From the NCBI GenBank assembly GCA_041691135.1, contig JBEPVF010000016.1, positions 1 through 28,468 of the forward strand: a stretch of DNA of 28,468 nt, in the 5' to 3' direction. Numbering within the stretch: the first letter of the stretch is position 1; each line of letters opens with the position of its first letter. Under the pieces are notes generated by a model. It had not been told where the DNA came from. It did not search any database and was given only the letters and a program-made list of their open reading frames with translations. Shown here one piece after another: positions 25,002 to 28,468 of the stretch. The position numbers and the translations under genes were made by a program. The DNA is from Candidatus Peribacteria bacterium (lineage in GTDB: Bacteria; Patescibacteriota; Gracilibacteria; Peribacterales; Peribacteraceae).

Positions 25002-27620
25002 ATGCCTGCAAGCGAACCGTCGAAGAATCAACCGGAGCTCGAAGGAATCTCCCAAATCGGCAAGATCGAACCGCGACCCATCGTGGCCGAGATGGAGGAA
25101 AGCTATTTGAACTACGCGATGAGCGTGATCGTCGCCCGCGCCTTGCCCGATGCACGTGACGGACTAAAGCCGGTGCACCGTCGCATTCTGGTGGCGATGC
25201 AGGAAGAAGGGCTCACGCCGAGCCACCGCTACTCCAAATGCGCGGGAGTTGTCGGAGAAGTGCTCAAAAAGTATCACCCGCATGGCGACTCATCAGTGTA
25301 CGACGCGCTGGTGCGTTTGGTGCAGGATTTCTCGATGCGCTATCCGCTGATCGACGGACAGGGAAACTTCGGTTCAATCGATGGAGACAGCGCTGCTGCC
25401 TATCGTTACACCGAATCCAAGCTCAAAAAGATCGCAATGGAGCTGCTCGCTGACTTGGATAAAGATACGGTCGACTACCAGCCGAACTACGATGGATCAC
25501 GCCGCGAACCGCGCGTATTGCCAAGCAAGATTCCGAACCTGCTGCTCAACGGCACTGTCGGCATTGCCGTGGGTATGGCAACGAACATTCCGCCCCACAA
25601 CCTCAATGAACTCATCGATGCGACGCAGTATCTGATCGAAAACCCGGAATCAACCGTCGAAGATCTGTTGAAGTTCGTGCAAGGTCCGGACTTTCCGACT
25701 GGCGGCATCGTGTACAACAAGGAGGCGTTGCGTCAGGCGTACCTGACCGGTCGTGGCAGCGTGGTCGTACGTGGCAAAGCAGAGATAGAGGAGGGGAGCG
25801 GCGGCCGCTATTACATCCGCATCAGCGAAATACCGTATCAGGTGAACAAATCAACGATGATCGAGAAGATGGCGCAGCTGGTCACCGATAAACTGATCAT
25901 GGGTATCTCGGATATCCGCGACGAATCCGATCGCAATGGCATCCGTATCATCATCGAACTCAAGAAGGATGCGTATCCGCAGAAAGTGCTCAATCAATTG
26001 TTCAAGCAGACCGAACTGCAGAGCAGTTTCGGCTACAACATGATCGCGCTGGGCGATGGCATTCAGCCGCGCCTCCTTAACCTGCAGGAGCTGCTCCAGA
26101 TCTTCATCGAGCACCGACGGGTGGTGATCACCCGCCGCGTGACGTACGAACGCGATCGCGCCAAGGAACGAGCGCATATTTTGGAAGGACTCAAGATCGC
26201 GCTCGATAACATCGACGAGGTGATCGAAACCATCCGTAAGAGCGAGACAAAAGAAGTGGCGAAGATGAACCTCATGAAGAAATTCAAACTGAGCGACCTG
26301 CAATCGGATGCCATTCTGCAGATGCGTCTGCAGACGCTGGCGGGCTTGGAGCGCAAGCGCATCGAAGATGAACTGAAGGAGCGTCTCGCCTTCATTGCCG
26401 AATGCGAAGGGATCCTGCGCGACCCGAAGAAAATCGACGGCATCATGCGGACCGAGCTGGTCGAAGTGAAGAAAACATACGGCGATGTGCGCCGGACGAC
26501 CGTCGCTCCATTCGAAGTCGGGCAGTTCAGTGCCAAAGATACGATCCCGAACGCGCCGATGATGGTCACCCTTACCCGTGGTGGATACGTCAAACGTCTG
26601 AGTCCGCTGCAATTCCGCGCACAGCATCGTGGCGGCAAGGGAATCAAGGGTCTGACGACCAAAGATGAAGATGAGGTGATGTCGCTCCTCTATGCGATGA
26701 ACCACGACGATCTGCTGTTCTTCACGAACACGGGTCGCGTGTTCAAGGCGCCGGTGTACGAAGTGCCACAGGCCAGTCGCGTGGCCAAGGGTCAGGCGAT
26801 CGTGAACCTGCTGCAGTTGCAGCCGGGTGAGCGCATCGCGGCCATTCTCAAATCGAATTTGGAGGACAAAACGCACCTGTTCATGGCCACCAAGAACGGG
26901 ACGATCAAGCGGACGGAGCTCACGGAGTTCGATAACATCCGCAAATCAGGATTGATCGCCCAGAAGATGCATCCTGGTGACGATCTTCAATGGGTGCTGG
27001 CCACCAGCGGCAAAGATGAGATCTTCCTGCTCACCAAGAAAGGGAAGGCCATTCGTTTCAACGAGAACGACGTGCGTGCCATGGGACGTGCGGCTGCCGG
27101 CGTGCGTGGCGTCAAACTCGGAACCGGCGACGAAGTGGTGGAGGCAGCGGTGATTTCGGATCAGGACAGCAACCTGCTGGTGGTGATGGAGAACGGACTC
27201 GGCAAGATGACACATGTGGATGAGTATCGTTTGCAGGGGCGTGCAGGCAGCGGTGTGAAGGCGGCGCAGCTGACTGCTAAGACCGGCGATATCGTGGGTG
27301 GGGCTGTGCTCAGAAAGGGGGAAGATGGCGACCTGCTCTGTGTCTCCAAACAGGGTCAGATGATCCGCATGCGTCTGTCGGACATTCCGTCCCGAGGCCG
27401 CGCCACACAGGGTGTGATCGTCATGCGCCTGAATGCGGGCGATAAAGTGGCGTCCGTGAGCGTGGTGCTCGAGGACAAAGAAGCCGAACTTGCCATGGAA
27501 CAGGCTGCTCTGGAACAGCGCGAGGGCGAAGTGGAAGAATTGATCGAAGAAATCGAATCGATCGAGGAAGTTGCCAAGAAAGCGGCGAGAAAGGCGAAAA
27601 GAGCGGCTAAAGCCGGCTAA
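25002..27620 (+). CDS. gyrA: DNA gyrase subunit A
   Basis: [29 protein letters not shown] active-site Tyr, GyrA-box QHRGGKG and beta-pinwheel repeats. Confidence 0.98.
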   Translation: MPASEPSKNQPELEGISQIGKIEPRPIVAEMEESYLNYAMSVIVARALPDARDGLKPVHRRILVAMQEEGLTPSHRYSKCAGVVGEVLKKYHPHGDSSVYDALVRLVQDFSMRYPLIDGQGNFGSIDGDSAAAYRYTESKLKKIAMELLADLDKDTVDYQPNYDGSRREPRVLPSKIPNLLLNGTVGIAVGMATNIPPHNLNELIDATQYLIENPESTVEDLLKFVQGPDFPTGGIVYNKEALRQAYLTGRGSVVVRGKAEIEEGSGGRYYIRISEIPYQVNKSTMIEKMAQLVTDKLIMGISDIRDESDRNGIRIIIELKKDAYPQKVLNQLFKQTELQSSFGYNMIALGDGIQPRLLNLQELLQIFIEHRRVVITRRVTYERDRAKERAHILEGLKIALDNIDEVIETIRKSETKEVAKMNLMKKFKLSDLQSDAILQMRLQTLAGLERKRIEDELKERLAFIAECEGILRDPKKIDGIMRTELVEVKKTYGDVRRTTVAPFEVGQFSAKDTIPNAPMMVTLTRGGYVKRLSPLQFRAQHRGGKGIKGLTTKDEDEVMSLLYAMNHDDLLFFTNTGRVFKAPVYEVPQASRVAKGQAIVNLLQLQPGERIAAILKSNLEDKTHLFMATKNGTIKRTELTEFDNIRKSGLIAQKMHPGDDLQWVLATSGKDEIFLLTKKGKAIRFNENDVRAMGRAAAGVRGVKLGTGDEVVEAAVISDQDSNLLVVMENGLGKMTHVDEYRLQGRAGSGVKAAQLTAKTGDIVGGAVLRKGEDGDLLCVSKQGQMIRMRLSDIPSRGRATQGVIVMRLNAGDKVASVSVVLEDKEAELAMEQAALEQREGEVEELIEEIESIEEVAKKAARKAKRAAKAG

Positions 27621-27687
27621 AGTGAGATTTGAGTCCTTTCGTCAATAACTTGCACCTGCTTCAAAAATAAGTACAATCCTCCAGCTT

Positions 27688-27900
27688 ATGAAGACCGGTA
27701 TCCATCCTCAGGTATTCCAAGACGCCAAAACAACCTGCGCCACGTGCGGGACCGTCTTCCAGATTCCAAGCACGATCGAAACGCAGTCAGTCGAAGTCTG
27801 CCGTATGTGCCATCCGATCTACACCGGAAAGCAGCAGAAGGATCTCAAGGGCGGACGCGTCGATCGCTTCCGTCAGAGAATGGCGAAGAAAGAAGCGTAG
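27688..27900 (+). CDS. rpmE: 50S ribosomal protein L31 (Zn-binding type)
   Basis: MKTGIHP, CATCG, CRMCHPIYTGKQ and GRVDRF. Confidence 0.96.
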   Translation: MKTGIHPQVFQDAKTTCATCGTVFQIPSTIETQSVEVCRMCHPIYTGKQQKDLKGGRVDRFRQRMAKKEA

Positions 27901-27906
27901 AAGGAA

Positions 27907-27961
27907 CCTTCGAATTCGATGTACGAAATTCGAAGGCGGTCTTTTTTTCGTACATCGAATT
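27907..27961 (+). terminator. Overlapping hairpins downstream of rpmE
   Basis: 10-bp stem 27907-27916/27927-27936 before a 7-T run; alternative 16-bp stem 27913-27928/27946-27961. Confidence 0.6.
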
Positions 27962-28199
27962 TCATACGTAAAGAGTGAGAAATTTGAATAATCCGCAGAG
28001 TGCTTTGGTGAATGCTTTTCGCATTTAGTGTGACAACTAAAGTATGCTTTTTAGAGATGTCATGTTCACTTGGTTGATTGAACACTTAAAGTGATCAATT
28101 ATACATCTTGGCTTATAGAAGCCATGAAACTGTTCACAAAATATATTCAACACATCTGTTCGTGTTCTGGCGATGCCAACTCGTTGCGGCGGATAAATC

Positions 28200-28468
28200 T
28201 GACCATTACGCTAATACGATCCAGTTAGTTCAGGTCTGGATTACACCCACAAACAATACAGACAAACACGTTTCCTTTTGATCCCTCACACCACCGGTCA
28301 TCCGCAGAGAGAAGGGTAGCCATCGAGCCAGTTTCGCTCGTTCCTCCCGGCCACACTTCCATCACCACTTCTGGACCACACTGGGTATAGGCACGTGACC
28401 GTGCTGCTCAAAGGTGGCCACCCTCCTCTCTGCTCTGCAATACCGCACACGACATGAGAGGCTGCTGT
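28200..28468 (-). ncRNA. Unidentified structured RNA, probably truncated by the window end
   Basis: Nested stems 28283-28294/28449-28460 and 28304-28322/28415-28433; their non-Watson-Crick positions are all G-U on the minus strand. No credible ORF. Confidence 0.55.

Noticed and set aside
25270-25310. Quinolone-resistance substitution in gyrA
   Set aside because: The QRDR reads HGDSSVYD, retaining the Ser83 and Asp87 equivalents.
28201-28236. TPP riboswitch-like half (ACCTGA..CTAA/TTAG-CGTA on the minus strand)
   Set aside because: It lacks the GCTGAGA pyrimidine-sensing arm and has no downstream gene in that orientation.
1-28468. Alternative genetic code (UGA=Gly, as in Gracilibacteria/SR1)
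   Set aside because: Conserved genes such as trxA, pgi and purP end at TGA at expected lengths and have no internal TGA.

Overview
Bacterial chromosomal segment in standard code 11 (TGA is used as a stop). Gene content and style suggest Patescibacteria/CPR, most like Peregrinibacteria/Peribacteria; this is inference and no search was run. Housekeeping genes: gyrA, rpmE, rsmI, ruvA, pgi, trxA, tRNA-Cys(GCA), tRNA-Ala(TGC). Metabolic genes: a queF + YhhQ-type queuosine-precursor salvage pair, two tandem archaeal-type PurP-family ligases, and a PfkB kinase. Surface or secreted proteins: TPR, Ig/FN3, SLH, M23 peptidase, a multidomain beta-helix protein and a lipoprotein. The most unusual signals are non-coding. 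(1) Two homologous leader-peptide/antiterminator/terminator units, each with a Tyr-Tyr codon pair, lie in tandem before an Asp/Glu-family racemase. They sit in a small AT-richer islet after tRNA-Ala that also carries a HEPN-like gene and tRNA-end-like repeats. (2) A long G-U-rich structured RNA on the minus strand runs off the right edge. (3) A roughly 200-250 bp multi-hairpin element occurs twice. (4) At least 12 genes appear leaderless, with a -10 box 6-8 nt before the start codon. (5) Intergenic 9-mer and 7-mer arrays recur, often as inverted pairs.
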